Notes: a model not told the origin generated them from the sequence alone. A DNA stretch of 64,000 bases from Candidatus Methylomirabilota bacterium (GCA_035550795.1 DASZOL010000069.1:3942-67941); one strand, 5' to 3'. Shown: positions 1 to 10,644, numbered from the stretch's first letter. Program-made: numbers and translations.

Positions 1-624
1 CGCGAGCGCTTCTGGGCGTCCAGGACGAAGCAGCTCCACCGCGCGCATATCACGACCGGCGACCGGCTCTGGTCGACCCTGCCCTACCTGCGCCCGATGG
101 CGACGATCACGAACGACACGCTCACGTACGGGATCGATGCCGACGGCGGCCGCTGCCACGACCTCCTCGGGACGCGCTGCGATCCCTACGTCACCAAGCT
201 CCTGACGGGGCAGGAGTTCGACTTCTGCTGCCACTCGAACCTGGTCCGGGCGATCGCGCCGTGGCGGCTCACCGAGCTGGACGTTCACGACGTGCTCAAC
301 ATCTTCCAGGTGACCGGGCTCCAGGACGACCGCTACTTCATGAAAGCCAGTCCCGCCCGGAAGGGCGACTTCTTCGAGCTCTTCGCCGAGATCGACCTCC
401 TCTGCGCGATCTCGACCTGCCCGGGGGGCGACCTTTCCATTCCTCTGTGGGGGCCGGGCGCGCGCGACCCGATCGAGGTGTGCCGGCCACTCGGCGTCGA
501 GGTCTGGCAACCGGAGGCCGGGCTCCTCGCCGGCTGGCGCTCGCCCGCGCCCGCCGACTACCGCGGCAACCACGGGATGCCCCTGCCGCCGGCCGCGGTG
601 CCGGCGGTCCCCACGGTTCGATGA
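1..624 (+). CDS. DUF1989 / urea carboxylase-associated family protein (5' partial)
   Basis: Frame open from base 1 (RERFWASRTKQLH...); HDLLGTRCDPY, CCHSNL, HDVLNIFQVTG, STCPGGD motifs; stop overlaps next start (ATGA). Confidence 0.85.
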   Translation, partial: RERFWASRTKQLHRAHITTGDRLWSTLPYLRPMATITNDTLTYGIDADGGRCHDLLGTRCDPYVTKLLTGQEFDFCCHSNLVRAIAPWRLTELDVHDVLNIFQVTGLQDDRYFMKASPARKGDFFELFAEIDLLCAISTCPGGDLSIPLWGPGARDPIEVCRPLGVEVWQPEAGLLAGWRSPAPADYRGNHGMPLPPAAVPAVPTVR

Positions 625-1610
625 AGGCGGAGGTGTCCGCTCCGACGCTCGCCGAGATCCGCTCCGCCCGCGAGCGGCTGGGTGACCGCGTCGTGGAGAC
701 GCCGGTGTGGTGGTGGCGCAACCGTGAGATCGCCGAGCACGTGGACGCCGGCACCCGGGTCATCCTCAAGCTTGAGCTCTTCCAGCACACGGGCACCTTC
801 AAGCCGCGGGGCGCGCTGACCGTCATGCTGGCGCTCGATCGCGCCACCCTGGCCCGCGGCGTCACCGCGGTCAGCGCCGGCAACCATGCGATCGCCGTCG
901 GTTATGCCGCCCGGGTCCTCGGCACGTCCGCCAAGGTCGTGATGCCCAGGACGGCCAACCCCGCGCGCGTGGCCGCCTGCCGGAGCTGGGGAGCCGAGGT
1001 CGATCTCGTCGAGGACGTGCACCGGGCGTTCGAGCGCGTGCGCGAGATCGAGGCCACGGAGGGTCGCACCTTCGTCCATCCGTTCGAGGGGCCGCTCACG
1101 GCCCTCGGCACGGCGACGCTCGGGCTCGAGCTCTCGGCCCAGGTCCCGGACCTCGACGCCGTGATCGTCCCCGTCGGCGGCGGCGGCCTCTGCGCCGGCG
1201 TCGCCACCGCCGTCAAGCTCGCCATGCCCCGCTGTCAGGTCTTCGGGGTCGAGCCGGAGGGCGCGGATTCGATGCGCCGGAGCCTCGCGGCGGGAAAGCC
1301 GGAATCGATCGAGGCCGTGCGGACGATCGCCGACAGCCTGGGGGCGCCCCACGCCGCGCCGTACAGCTTCGAGCTCTGCCGCCGGGCGCTCGACGACCTC
1401 GTGCTCGTGAGCGACGACGACCTGCGCCGCGCGATGGGCCTCCTCTTCCGCGGGGTCAAGCTGGCCGTCGAGCCGGCCGGGGCCGCCGCCACCGCGGCGC
1501 TGGTGGGCCCCCTGCGGGAGCGGCTGCGCGGGCGCCGGGTCGGCGTGATCGTCTGCGGCGCCAACATCGACACGGCGACCTTCGCGCGGCTCGTGACAAC
1601 CGAGCCGTAG
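621..1610 (+). CDS. PLP-dependent threonine/serine dehydratase family protein
   Basis: LKLELFQHTGTFKPRG (PLP Lys), SAGNHA, VGGGGL, EPAGAA; ATG 621 overlaps upstream TGA. Confidence 0.9.
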   Translation: MKAEVSAPTLAEIRSARERLGDRVVETPVWWWRNREIAEHVDAGTRVILKLELFQHTGTFKPRGALTVMLALDRATLARGVTAVSAGNHAIAVGYAARVLGTSAKVVMPRTANPARVAACRSWGAEVDLVEDVHRAFERVREIEATEGRTFVHPFEGPLTALGTATLGLELSAQVPDLDAVIVPVGGGGLCAGVATAVKLAMPRCQVFGVEPEGADSMRRSLAAGKPESIEAVRTIADSLGAPHAAPYSFELCRRALDDLVLVSDDDLRRAMGLLFRGVKLAVEPAGAAATAALVGPLRERLRGRRVGVIVCGANIDTATFARLVTTEP

Positions 1611-1705
1611 GGGCCGGGTCCACGGCATCCGCGAGCCTCCCGCCCGCCGGGCCGGCCGGCTCGACCGGCCGCCTGCGGGGCCCGGTCGCCGCCCTGCTCA
1701 CGGCC

Positions 1706-2881
1706 GTGGTGGCGATCGGCTCGCTGTCGATCGACATGGCCCTGCCGTCGCTGCCGGCCACCGCCGAGGCCCTCGGGGCGGCGCCGGCAACCGTACAGCT
1801 CACGGTGACGCTCTTCCTCGCGGCGTTCGCCTTGGCCCAGCTCATTCACGGCCCGCTCTCCGACCGCCTGGGGCGGCGCCGCGTGCTCCTCGGCGGGCTC
1901 GCCGTCTACCTGATCGGCGGGCTGGCCTGCTGGGCCGCGCCGTCCGTGCAGCTGCTGGTCCTGGGCCGCCTCCTCCAGGCGCTCGGCGCGGGCAGCGGCC
2001 CCGTCGTCGGCCGCGCGGTGATCCGTGATCTCTACGAGCCGGAGCCGGCCGCGCGCGTCCTCGGCTACATGGGCACCGCCATGGCCCTCACGCCGATCCT
2101 CGCGCCCATCCTCGGCGGCGTCATCCACGTGGCGCTCGGATGGCGCGCCGTCTACCTCGCGCTGGCCGCCTTCGGCGCCTTGTTCCTCGGGGTCTCCACC
2201 GTGCTCGTGCCGGAGACGAATCGTCGGCGCGACCCGGACGCGCTCCGGCCGGGCCACCTCGCGACGAACGCCGCCGATCTCCTCGGCGATCGCTCGTTCC
2301 TCGGGTACGTGCTGGTCGTCGCGCTCATGTTCGGGGGGCAGTTCGCGTTCATCACGGGGTCGGCCTTCGTCCTGATCGAGGTCCTCGCCGTGGCACCCGA
2401 CGTCTACGGGCTCTGCTTCGGCCTGGTCGCGCTCGGCCTGATGACCGGGAGCTTCCTGGCCGCGCAGCTCACCCGCCGGGTGGGCATCGACCGCCTGATC
2501 GCCGCCGCCACGAGCCTGGGCGCCGTTGCCGGTGGCGTCATGGCGGCGCTGGCCTGGAGGGGCGTCTGGACGGTGCCGGCGGTGATTGGCCCCATGGTCG
2601 CCTTCGCCGTCGGGGTGGGCGTCGTGCTCCCGACCGCCGTCGCGGGCGCCATCGGGCCGTTCCCGCGGACGGCCGGTCTGGCTTCGGCTGTCCTCGGGTT
2701 CCTCCAGCTCACCGCGGCGGCGGCGTATGGCATCGGGGTGAGTCGTCTCTACGATGGCACGCCGGTGCCGATGGCGGTCGCGATCGCGGCCGCCGGCCTG
2801 GCGGCGGCGGTGGCCCACCGCGTGGTCCGCATCCCGGCCCCCCGGGTCGCCTCGAACGGGCGCGCCCCGGACCGCCATTGA
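1706..2881 (+). CDS. Bcr/CflA family MFS drug-resistance transporter (true start probably upstream)
   Basis: SIDMALPSLP, GPLSDRLGRRRVLL, RAVIRDLY, ~12 TM segments. Confidence 0.9.
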   Translation: MVAIGSLSIDMALPSLPATAEALGAAPATVQLTVTLFLAAFALAQLIHGPLSDRLGRRRVLLGGLAVYLIGGLACWAAPSVQLLVLGRLLQALGAGSGPVVGRAVIRDLYEPEPAARVLGYMGTAMALTPILAPILGGVIHVALGWRAVYLALAAFGALFLGVSTVLVPETNRRRDPDALRPGHLATNAADLLGDRSFLGYVLVVALMFGGQFAFITGSAFVLIEVLAVAPDVYGLCFGLVALGLMTGSFLAAQLTRRVGIDRLIAAATSLGAVAGGVMAALAWRGVWTVPAVIGPMVAFAVGVGVVLPTAVAGAIGPFPRTAGLASAVLGFLQLTAAAAYGIGVSRLYDGTPVPMAVAIAAAGLAAAVAHRVVRIPAPRVASNGRAPDRH

Positions 2882-2898
2882 CCGTCTTCGCCCGCCGG

Positions 2899-2907
2899 TG
2901 CTAGCGT
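2899..2907 (+). promoter_or_regulatory. Extended -10 element (TG-C-TAGCGT) for the peptide ABC operon
   Basis: TGnTAnnnT match ~115 nt before ATG 3022. Confidence 0.45.
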
Positions 2908-3021
2908 CACCCTCGCTGCCGGTCAGACCACCGGATCGATGGCGGACCATCGGCCGCGCACGCGAGGGCACTGGCGCCAGCGCGAAGCGTCGGGCGCCGC
3001 CCGTCGGCGGCACCGATTGAC

Positions 3022-3984
3022 ATGAGTCCAGGTCTCGGGCGCTACATCGCGAAGCGGCTCGGGTTCGCCGGCCTGATGCTCGCCGGCGTCTCCGTCGTCC
3101 TCTTCACGCTCATGCGTCTGGCGCCGGGCGGCCCGGAGGCCGTCCTGGTCGGCGGAGAGTTCTCGCAGGAGGTCGCGGCCCAGGTGCGCGAGCGGCTCGG
3201 CCTGGACCGGCCGGTCGTCGCCCAGTACGGGACGTGGGCCCTCGCCGCCCTCCGCGGCGACCTCGGGCGCTCCTTCAAGACCGGCGATCCCGTCCTCACG
3301 CTGATCCTCGACCGGCTTGGTCCGACGCTCCAGCTGACGGGCGGGGCGCTCGTCCTCGCGCTCGGCGTCGCCGTGCCGCTCGGCGTCCTCGCCGCCGTGC
3401 GGCGGGACACGGTCTGGGACACCGTAGCCTCGGCGATCTCGCTCTTCGGCGTCTCGTTCCCGAGCTTCTGGCTCGGGATCATGCTGATCCTGCTCTTCTC
3501 GGAAGCCCTCCACCTCCTCCCACCCTCCGGCCTCAGCGAGTACGGCCGCGAAGGCGATCTGGGCGTCCGGCTCCGGCACGCCGCCATGCCGACCTTGACG
3601 CTCGGGCTGATCCAGATGGCGGCGTTCATGCGCTTCACCCGGTCGAGCCTGCTCGAGGCGCTCCGGCAGGACTACGTGCGTACCGCGCGGGCGAAGGGCG
3701 TCTCCGGTGGCCGGGTCGTCTGGCGCCACGCGCTTCGCAACGCCCTCATCCCGGTGGTCACCGTCGTGGGGCTCTCGCTCCCGACGCTCGTCGGCGGCGC
3801 GGTCCTGACGGAGACCGTCTTCGCCTGGCCCGGGGTCGGGCGGCTCGCGGTCGGCGCGGTCTTCGAGCGCGACTACCCGGTGATCATGGGCGTGAATCTC
3901 CTGGTGGCGGCGGTCGTGATCACCGCGAATCTCGTCACCGATCTCGCCTATTGCCTGATCGACCCGAGGATCTCGTACTCGTGA
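3022..3984 (+). CDS. Peptide/nickel ABC transporter permease (DppB/OppB family)
   Basis: LGLDRP..QYG.W, GDLGRS, DYVRTARAKG EAA loop, DPRI end. Confidence 0.93.
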   Translation: MSPGLGRYIAKRLGFAGLMLAGVSVVLFTLMRLAPGGPEAVLVGGEFSQEVAAQVRERLGLDRPVVAQYGTWALAALRGDLGRSFKTGDPVLTLILDRLGPTLQLTGGALVLALGVAVPLGVLAAVRRDTVWDTVASAISLFGVSFPSFWLGIMLILLFSEALHLLPPSGLSEYGREGDLGVRLRHAAMPTLTLGLIQMAAFMRFTRSSLLEALRQDYVRTARAKGVSGGRVVWRHALRNALIPVVTVVGLSLPTLVGGAVLTETVFAWPGVGRLAVGAVFERDYPVIMGVNLLVAAVVITANLVTDLAYCLIDPRISYS

Positions 3985-4817
3985 TCGGGCTCAAGCGGCT
4001 GGTCCGGAGCCGGCGCGGACTCCTCGGGGGTATCGTGGTCGCGGTCATGCTGATCGTCGGTCTCCTCGCCCCGGCCGTGGCACCCTACGGCTACTCGACC
4101 CAGTCGCTGCTCCAGCGCCTGAAGCCGCCGACCGTCGCCCACTGGCTCGGTACCGACGGATTCGGCCGGGACATCCTGACGCGGGTGGTGTGGGGCGCCC
4201 GCGTGTCCCTTCAGATCGGCTTCCTCGCGACGGGGCTCGCGATCCTTGTCGGGACGGCGGTGGGCGGCACCGCCGGCTACTTCGGCGCCGCCGTGGACAC
4301 GGCAATAATGCGCGTGGCCGACGTGTTCATGTCGGTGCCCGCGCTCTTCCTCATCCTCGTCGTCGTGGCGCTCTTCGGCGCGAGCCTCCTCAACACCGCG
4401 CTCGTCGTCGGTCTCGTCACCTGGGCTCCGGTGGCCCGGATCGTCCGGGGCGAGTGTCTCAGCCTCCGCGCCCGTGACTTCGTCGAGGCCGCCCGCGCGC
4501 TCGGCGCGAGCCACGGGCGGATCCTGGCGCGCCACGTGCTCGTGAACGCCGTGCCGGCGATCATCGTGCAGGGCACGTTGCTCCTCGGTCAGACGATCCT
4601 CATCGAGTCGGGCTTGTCCTACCTCGGCCTGGGGGCGCAGCCGCCCACGCCGAGCTGGGGCAACATGGTCGTGGAGGGACGGCAGTTCCTTGGCTCCGCC
4701 TGGTGGGTCTCGACCTTCCCGGGCCTGGCGATCTTCGTCACCGTCCTCGGCTTCAACCTCTTCGGCGACGGGCTGCGCGACGCGCTCGACCCGGCCCTTC
4801 GCGCGGGCTCCCGATAG
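3981..4817 (+). CDS. Peptide/nickel ABC transporter permease (DppC/OppC family)
   Basis: HWLGTDGFGRDIL, FVEAARALGA, LSYLGLG, GDGLRDALDP; GTGA overlap. Confidence 0.93.
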   Translation: MIGLKRLVRSRRGLLGGIVVAVMLIVGLLAPAVAPYGYSTQSLLQRLKPPTVAHWLGTDGFGRDILTRVVWGARVSLQIGFLATGLAILVGTAVGGTAGYFGAAVDTAIMRVADVFMSVPALFLILVVVALFGASLLNTALVVGLVTWAPVARIVRGECLSLRARDFVEAARALGASHGRILARHVLVNAVPAIIVQGTLLLGQTILIESGLSYLGLGAQPPTPSWGNMVVEGRQFLGSAWWVSTFPGLAIFVTVLGFNLFGDGLRDALDPALRAGSR

Positions 4818-4833
4818 ACAGGAGGAGGCTTCC

Positions 4834-6471
4834 ATGGGCTACCGGATCGTGCTTGCGATGGTCCTGGCACTGGCACTGGCCGCGGGGGTGGGCGCTCCGC
4901 CGGAGGGTGCCGCCGCGGGGAAGGACTTCGTCATCGGGTTCATCGGCGACGCGACGAGCCTGAACCCGGTCGTGGCCACCGACGGGCAGTCGTACATCGC
5001 GGAGTGGCCGATGTTCGACAGCCTCGTCGAGCTGGACGACAAGCTCGGCGTCAAGCCGCTTCTTGCCGAGTCGTGGGAGGTCTCGCGAGACGGCCTGACC
5101 TACACCTTCAAGCTGAAGAAGGGCGTGAAGTGGCACGACGGCAAGCCCTTCACGGCGCGGGACGTGGCTTTCACCTTCTACTCGGTCCTCGACCCCAAGG
5201 TCACCACGCCGCACCGCGCCTACTTCGACGCGCTGGTCGGCTTCCCGGAGCTCACGCGCAAGGACAACCCAAAGAAGCCGGACGAGCTGCCCGTCAAGCC
5301 GATCGAGGTCGTGGACGACCACACGGTCCGCTTCCGGCTGCGCTACGCCTACGGCGCCTTCCTGGCCGTCCTCGTGAATCCGCGGGCGGGCATCATCCCC
5401 GAGCACCTCCTCCGGGGTGTCGACCTCAACACGGCGGAGTACAACCGGAAGCCCGTGGGAACCGGCCCCTTCCGGTTCGTGGAGTGGCGGCGGGGGGACC
5501 GGCTCGTCATGGAGGCCTTCCCCGAGTACCACGGCGGGCGCCCGGCCCTCGACCGCCTGATCTACCGGGTCATTCCCGACACGGTCGTCCTCCTGCAGGA
5601 GCTGCGTGCCGGAGGCGTCGACTTCATCGAGCGCCCGCCGCTCACCGAGGTGGCGCGGCTCAAGCAGACGCCGGGGCTCAAGGTCCTCTCCACCGACAAT
5701 ACCTCGTACACCTATTTCGGCTTCCGCCAGGACCTGGCGCCGTTCGACGACCTGAACGTCCGGCGCGCCCTCTACCACGCCATCGACGTCCCCGCCATCG
5801 TCCGCGAGGTTCTCCAGGGGTACGGCGCCGTCGCGACGGGGCAGTTCCCGCCCGGCAGCTGGGCGTTCGACCCCTCGGTCAAGCCGTACGCCTACGACCC
5901 GAACCGCGCCAAGGCGCTCCTGTCCGAGTCCGGCTGGAAGCCGGGGCCCGACGGGGTCCTCGCGAAGGACGGCAAGCGCCTGTCCTTCTCGCTCCGGCAC
6001 GACCAGGCGGACCAGAACGTCAAGGACACCGCGATCATCGTCCAGGAGTTCCTGAAGAAGGTCGGCGTCGAGGCCCGCATCGAGCCTCTCGACTGGCCCA
6101 CGTTCGTCAAGAAGCTCTTCGCCTCGGAGTTCGAGGGCATCGTCGTGGGCTGGACGAACTTCCACGACCCGGACCCCTTCGCCTACACCATCTGGCACTC
6201 CAGCCAGTGGAAGGGCCGGAACTTCGCCCACTACAAGAGCCCGCGGGCCGACGCCGCGATCGAGGCCGCGCGACGCGCCGCCGACCAGGCCGAGCGCAAG
6301 AAGCACTACGCCGAGCTCTCGAAGATCCTCATGGAGGACGCACCGTACGTGTTCCTCTACTTCCCCCAGCAGGTCTACGTGACCCGCCAGACCTACGAGG
6401 GGTTCGTCCCCATCCCGGCCTACGGCGGGATCTACCAGTCGATGAAGGCCGTGCGCTGGACGGGCCGCTAG
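4834..6471 (+). CDS. Peptide ABC transporter substrate-binding protein (family 5)
   Basis: SD GGAGGAGG; signal peptide; PLLAESWEVS, KWHDGKPFTARDV, PVGTGPF. Confidence 0.93.
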   Translation: MGYRIVLAMVLALALAAGVGAPPEGAAAGKDFVIGFIGDATSLNPVVATDGQSYIAEWPMFDSLVELDDKLGVKPLLAESWEVSRDGLTYTFKLKKGVKWHDGKPFTARDVAFTFYSVLDPKVTTPHRAYFDALVGFPELTRKDNPKKPDELPVKPIEVVDDHTVRFRLRYAYGAFLAVLVNPRAGIIPEHLLRGVDLNTAEYNRKPVGTGPFRFVEWRRGDRLVMEAFPEYHGGRPALDRLIYRVIPDTVVLLQELRAGGVDFIERPPLTEVARLKQTPGLKVLSTDNTSYTYFGFRQDLAPFDDLNVRRALYHAIDVPAIVREVLQGYGAVATGQFPPGSWAFDPSVKPYAYDPNRAKALLSESGWKPGPDGVLAKDGKRLSFSLRHDQADQNVKDTAIIVQEFLKKVGVEARIEPLDWPTFVKKLFASEFEGIVVGWTNFHDPDPFAYTIWHSSQWKGRNFAHYKSPRADAAIEAARRAADQAERKKHYAELSKILMEDAPYVFLYFPQQVYVTRQTYEGFVPIPAYGGIYQSMKAVRWTGR

Positions 6472-6482
6472 GCGCGCCGCGC

Positions 6483-7313
6483 ATGGAGCTACGGGTCAAC
6501 GGGACGACGCTCCACGCGGAGGTCGTGGGGGACGGGGTGCCCTGCCTCGTCCTCCACGGCGGCCCCGGCACGGACTCGGGGGGCCTCGTCCGCTCGCTCG
6601 GGCCGCTGGCGGGCCCGCTCGGCCTCCGCATGATCTTCTGGGACCACCGGGGCCACGGACGCTCGGAGTGGGCACCGGTCGAGCAGTGCACGCAGGACCA
6701 GCTGGTGGCGGACGCGGAAGGCGTACGGCGCGCGCAGGGGCTCGGCCAGGTCCACGTGCTCGGCGTCAGCTGGGGCGGCTTCCTCGGTCTCATGTACGCC
6801 GCGCGCCATCCCGGCTCGATTCGCCGCCTCGCCGTCGTCGGAGCGGCGGCGAGCCACGCCTTCATGCCCCGGGCGGAAGCCAACGCTCGCCGCCAGGCGA
6901 CGCCCGAGCAATGGGCGGCTTACCGGTCGCTCTGGGACGGCTCGCTCCCCGACGATGCCGCGTTTCGCCGGGCATTCGAGACCATCCGGCCGCTCTACTT
7001 CCATGACACGGCGCTGGCCGAAGCCGCGAACGCCGCGCGGGCCGATACCCGGTACCGCCTCGCGGTGCGGAAGTTCATCATCGAGCACGAGTACCCGAGG
7101 TACGACTGCCGCCCCGAGCTGTCGGCCATCGCCTGCCCCGCGCTGGTCATGGTGGGGCGCCACGACTGGATCTGCCCCGTCGACCAGGCGGAGGAGATCC
7201 ACAAGCTGATCCCCCACTCGGAGCTCACGGTCTTCGAGGCGAGCGGCCACTCGCCCCAGACCGAGGAGCGGGACGCGTTCACGCGGCGCCTCGCCGCCTT
7301 CCTCCGCGGGTGA
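6483..7313 (+). CDS. Alpha/beta hydrolase, proline iminopeptidase-like
   Basis: HGGPG, DHRGHGRS, GVSWGG nucleophile, SGH catalytic His. Confidence 0.85.
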   Translation: MELRVNGTTLHAEVVGDGVPCLVLHGGPGTDSGGLVRSLGPLAGPLGLRMIFWDHRGHGRSEWAPVEQCTQDQLVADAEGVRRAQGLGQVHVLGVSWGGFLGLMYAARHPGSIRRLAVVGAAASHAFMPRAEANARRQATPEQWAAYRSLWDGSLPDDAAFRRAFETIRPLYFHDTALAEAANAARADTRYRLAVRKFIIEHEYPRYDCRPELSAIACPALVMVGRHDWICPVDQAEEIHKLIPHSELTVFEASGHSPQTEERDAFTRRLAAFLRG

Positions 7314-7466
7314 GCCCGGGCCCCGCCGGCCCGCGAGCCTGGCCCACGGTCCCTCCGAGCGGCCGGGCGCATCTGGGGTGACGGCGTCACGCGTCGAGGC
7401 AGCCCGCCAGGATCCGGGACGGCGAGCCCGAGGCCGCGTCGACGGTCGCGGCCGGAGCGGCGGGGC

Positions 7467-7844
7467 TCAGTGGGCGGCTGGCTGGAAGAGCTCGATGGCG
7501 TTCCCGGACGGATCCTCGATGAGGACCTGGGCGCCACCGGGGCCACGCACGATGTCGTTGCGAAACCGTAGCCCCGCGTCCCGAAGGCGATCCACCTCCG
7601 CCGCGATGTCGTCCACCAGGAGCTGAATGCGGTTCCAGCCGCCCGGCCCGGGCTGACGGCCATCGGGCATGGGCCGGCCGGCCGAGCTGGTGCGCCCGCT
7701 GAGCAGCAGCCGCAGGTCGCCGCGCGTGACGTCGGCGAAGGCCGGGGCCGCCCGGGACAGGAGGGTGAAGCCGAGGTGAGTCGTGTAGAAGGCGACGGCG
7801 TCGTCGACGTCGTCGACCATGTAGCGGACGTTGACGGTGCTCAT
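7467..7844 (-). CDS. VOC/glyoxalase family protein
   Basis: VDDVDDAVAFY, DPSGNAIELFQ. Confidence 0.9.
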   Translation of the reverse strand: MSTVNVRYMVDDVDDAVAFYTTHLGFTLLSRAAPAFADVTRGDLRLLLSGRTSSAGRPMPDGRQPGPGGWNRIQLLVDDIAAEVDRLRDAGLRFRNDIVRGPGGAQVLIEDPSGNAIELFQPAAH

Positions 7845-7881
7845 GAGGTGCGCACCTCCGCGCGGGGCGCCTCATCGGGCA

Positions 7882-9081
7882 TCAGACCCGCTCCAGCAGG
7901 ACGGCGATGCCCTGGCCGACGCCGATGCACATGGTGCAGACGGCGTAGCGGCCGCCTCGCCTCTCCAGCTCGTGCGTCGCCGTCGTCGCCAGGCGCGCGC
8001 CGCTCATTCCGAGCGGGTGACCGAGGGCGATGGCCCCGCCGTTCGGGTTCACGTGCTCGGCGTCATCCGGAAGGCCAAGGTCCCGGAGCACGGCCAGGGC
8101 CTGCGCGGCGAACGCCTCGTTGAGCTCGACCACGTCGATCCGGCCGAGGTCGAGTCCGGCCCGCGCCAGGAGCTTCTTCGTCGCGGGCACGGGGCCGATC
8201 CCCATGACGCGTGGCGGAACGCCGGCCGTCGCTCCCGCCACGACCCGCGCGCGGGGCGTGAGCCCGTGGGCGGCCGCGGCGCGCCCGGAGGCGACCAGCA
8301 GGGCGCAGGCGCCGTCGTTCACGCCCGACGCGTTGCCCGCCGTCACGGTGCCGCCCGCCCGGAAGGCGGGCCTGAGCCGGGCGAGGGCTTCGGGCGACGT
8401 GTCGCGCGGGTGCTCGTCCTCGGTGACCTGGATGGTCTCCTTCCCCCGAGACACGGTGACGGGCACGATCTCCTGGGCGAGTCGCCCGCTCTTCTGCGCG
8501 GCGCGCGCCCGGAGCTGGCTGCGCAGGGCGAATGCGTCCTGGTCCGTGCGCGCGACCTTCCACTCCTCGGCGACGTTCTCCGCCGTCTCCCCCATCGCGT
8601 CGGTGCCGAACAGCTCGTGCATCCGCGGGTTGACGAAGCGCCAGCCGATCGTGGTGTCGTAGAGCCGCGTGTCTCGCGCGAACGCCGCGTCCGCCTTGCC
8701 CAGGACGAACGGCGCCCGCGACATGCTCTCGACGCCGCCCGCCACGACCAGGTCCGCCTCGCCCCCGCGGATGAGCCGCGCGGCCGTGGCCACGGCTTCG
8801 AGCCCGGAGCCGCAGAGGCGGTTGACCGTCACGCCGGAGATCTCGACCGGCAGGCCCGCGAGCAGCGTGGCCATCCGCGCCACGTTCCGGTTGTCCTCGC
8901 CCGCCTGGTTGGCGCAGCCCAGGATGACGTCGTCGACGCGCGCCCAGTCGACCGAGGGATGGCGCGCCACGAGCGCCCGGATCGGGATCGCGGCCAGGTC
9001 GTCAGGCCGAACGGCCGCGAGCGCGCCGCCGTAGCGGCCGATCGGCGTCCGGGCGGCAGCGCAGATGAAGGCGTCCGGCAT
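7882..9081 (-). CDS. pcaF: 3-oxoadipyl-CoA thiolase
   Basis: [38 protein letters not shown]; SD GGGAGG before ATG 9081. Confidence 0.85.
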   Translation of the reverse strand: MPDAFICAAARTPIGRYGGALAAVRPDDLAAIPIRALVARHPSVDWARVDDVILGCANQAGEDNRNVARMATLLAGLPVEISGVTVNRLCGSGLEAVATAARLIRGGEADLVVAGGVESMSRAPFVLGKADAAFARDTRLYDTTIGWRFVNPRMHELFGTDAMGETAENVAEEWKVARTDQDAFALRSQLRARAAQKSGRLAQEIVPVTVSRGKETIQVTEDEHPRDTSPEALARLRPAFRAGGTVTAGNASGVNDGACALLVASGRAAAAHGLTPRARVVAGATAGVPPRVMGIGPVPATKKLLARAGLDLGRIDVVELNEAFAAQALAVLRDLGLPDDAEHVNPNGGAIALGHPLGMSGARLATTATHELERRGGRYAVCTMCIGVGQGIAVLLERV

Positions 9082-9101
9082 GGTCGATCCTCCCACCGGC
9101 C

Positions 9102-9107
9102 ATTATA
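9102..9107 (-). promoter_or_regulatory. Consensus -10 box TATAAT upstream of the thiolase
   Basis: Perfect TATAAT in GC-rich DNA, 20 nt before the start codon. Confidence 0.6.
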
Positions 9108-9204
9108 GGGCGCGGCGGCCGCCGCGGCGGCCCGTCGGCCGGACGCGCCCGCCGTCGCAGGCACGGCGGGCGGGGGATCGGCGCCCGGCGGCGGCGCCCC
9201 TCGG

Positions 9205-10638
9205 TCAGCAGACGGGGCGGCGGAGGACTGCGGGATCGATCCGCCGCGGAACGAGTCGCCCGTCGCCGGGCGCGCCGAGCAGCCGCCCGTGGTCGGCGAT
9301 CACCCGGCCCCGCAGGAGCGTGGTCACGGGCCAGCCGTGCACGGCCCAGCCCTCCCAGGGGCTGTAGTCGCTCACGTGGAAGTCGTCCCGCGTGAGCGTC
9401 TTCCGGACCGTCGGATCGAGCAGGACGAGATCGGCATCGCTGCCCGGCGCGATGACGCCCTTGCGCGGGTGCAGGCCGAAGATGCGCGCCGCGTTCGTCG
9501 CGGTGACCGCCGTGAACCGCTCCAGCGACATGCCGCGCTTGACCACGCCCTCGGTGTACGCGATGCCCAGACGGGCCTCGGCCCCGAGGTTGCCGCCCGT
9601 CACGTCCTCGATCGTCCGCCCGCGGAGCTTCAGCGCCAGGCTGGTGGGGTACTCGTCCGTCGCGAGGGTCGAAACACCGCCGTCGACCAGACCACGCCAG
9701 AGCGCCTCCCGGTCCTCCGGCAGCTTGAGCGACGGGTACGTGTGGGCGCAGAAGCCCCGCGGCGTCTTGTAGTGCTCGGCATCGAAGCAGGCGTACTGGT
9801 GGAGCGTCTCGGCATAGACGGGGGAGCCCGCCGCCCGCGCCGCCAGGACGGCCTCGACCCCTTCCCGCGCGGAGGTGTGGACGAAGTAGATCCCGGCACC
9901 GGTCGCCCGCCCGAGCGCGATCGTCCGGGCGAACGCCAGCTGCTCCGAGAGCTTGGTGTGGACCAGGTGCATGTTCGAGCCGTCCAGCCGCCCCTCGGCC
10001 CGGAAGCGCTCGTAGGCCGTCTGGACCAGCTCGTCGTCCTCCGCGTGGACCGTCACGAGCCCGCCGTGGCGGGCCGCCTCGGTCATGGCGAGCTCGATCC
10101 GCCCGAAGTCGAGCCGGAACGAGAGCCGCTTCGGGTGCGGCGGCAGGATGTCCGTCGTGAACACCTTGAAGCTCGGGAAGCCTGCCTCGATCGCCTCTCG
10201 CATCTCCGCGAACGCCGCGAGCGGCAGCGCCCCGCACAGGGTGATGTGGAAGCTGTAGTCGACGTGGGAGCGCCCCGCCCAGCGAGCCGCGCGCTCATCG
10301 AGGGCTTCCGCGATCCCGTTCTCGGGCCGCACGAAGGCGAAGTCGATGTGCGTGGTCGTCCCGCCGCACGCCATGCCGCGCGTGTCGTCCTCGGGTCCGA
10401 GTGTCAGGCCGGGCTCGTCCGGGCGAGTTCGGATGGCGTGAGCCAGGTGGGTGTGGGGCTCGACCCCGCCCGGCGCCACGATCCGCCCCGAGGCGTCGAG
10501 GACGCGGGCGCCGTCCGTCGGCAGCGAGCCGGGCAGCGCCAGGACCGCGATGCGCTCCCCCTGGACCCCCACGTCCCAGGGCCCGACGCCCTGGGGCGTG
10601 ACGACGGTGCCTCCGCGGACGACCAGATCAAGCGCCAC
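9205..10638 (-). CDS. Dihydropyrimidinase/hydantoinase-like amidohydrolase
   Basis: PGGVEPHTH, SFKVF (carbamylated Lys), VHAE, VHTS, ATD, PGSDADLV. Confidence 0.85.
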   Translation of the reverse strand: MALDLVVRGGTVVTPQGVGPWDVGVQGERIAVLALPGSLPTDGARVLDASGRIVAPGGVEPHTHLAHAIRTRPDEPGLTLGPEDDTRGMACGGTTTHIDFAFVRPENGIAEALDERAARWAGRSHVDYSFHITLCGALPLAAFAEMREAIEAGFPSFKVFTTDILPPHPKRLSFRLDFGRIELAMTEAARHGGLVTVHAEDDELVQTAYERFRAEGRLDGSNMHLVHTKLSEQLAFARTIALGRATGAGIYFVHTSAREGVEAVLAARAAGSPVYAETLHQYACFDAEHYKTPRGFCAHTYPSLKLPEDREALWRGLVDGGVSTLATDEYPTSLALKLRGRTIEDVTGGNLGAEARLGIAYTEGVVKRGMSLERFTAVTATNAARIFGLHPRKGVIAPGSDADLVLLDPTVRKTLTRDDFHVSDYSPWEGWAVHGWPVTTLLRGRVIADHGRLLGAPGDGRLVPRRIDPAVLRRPVC

Positions 10639-10644
10639 GCGGCG

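Noticed and set aside
3022-6471. Peptide ABC operon lacking ATPase genes (also true of the sugar ABC)
   Set aside because: Sharing ATPases encoded elsewhere is common; not evidence of novelty.
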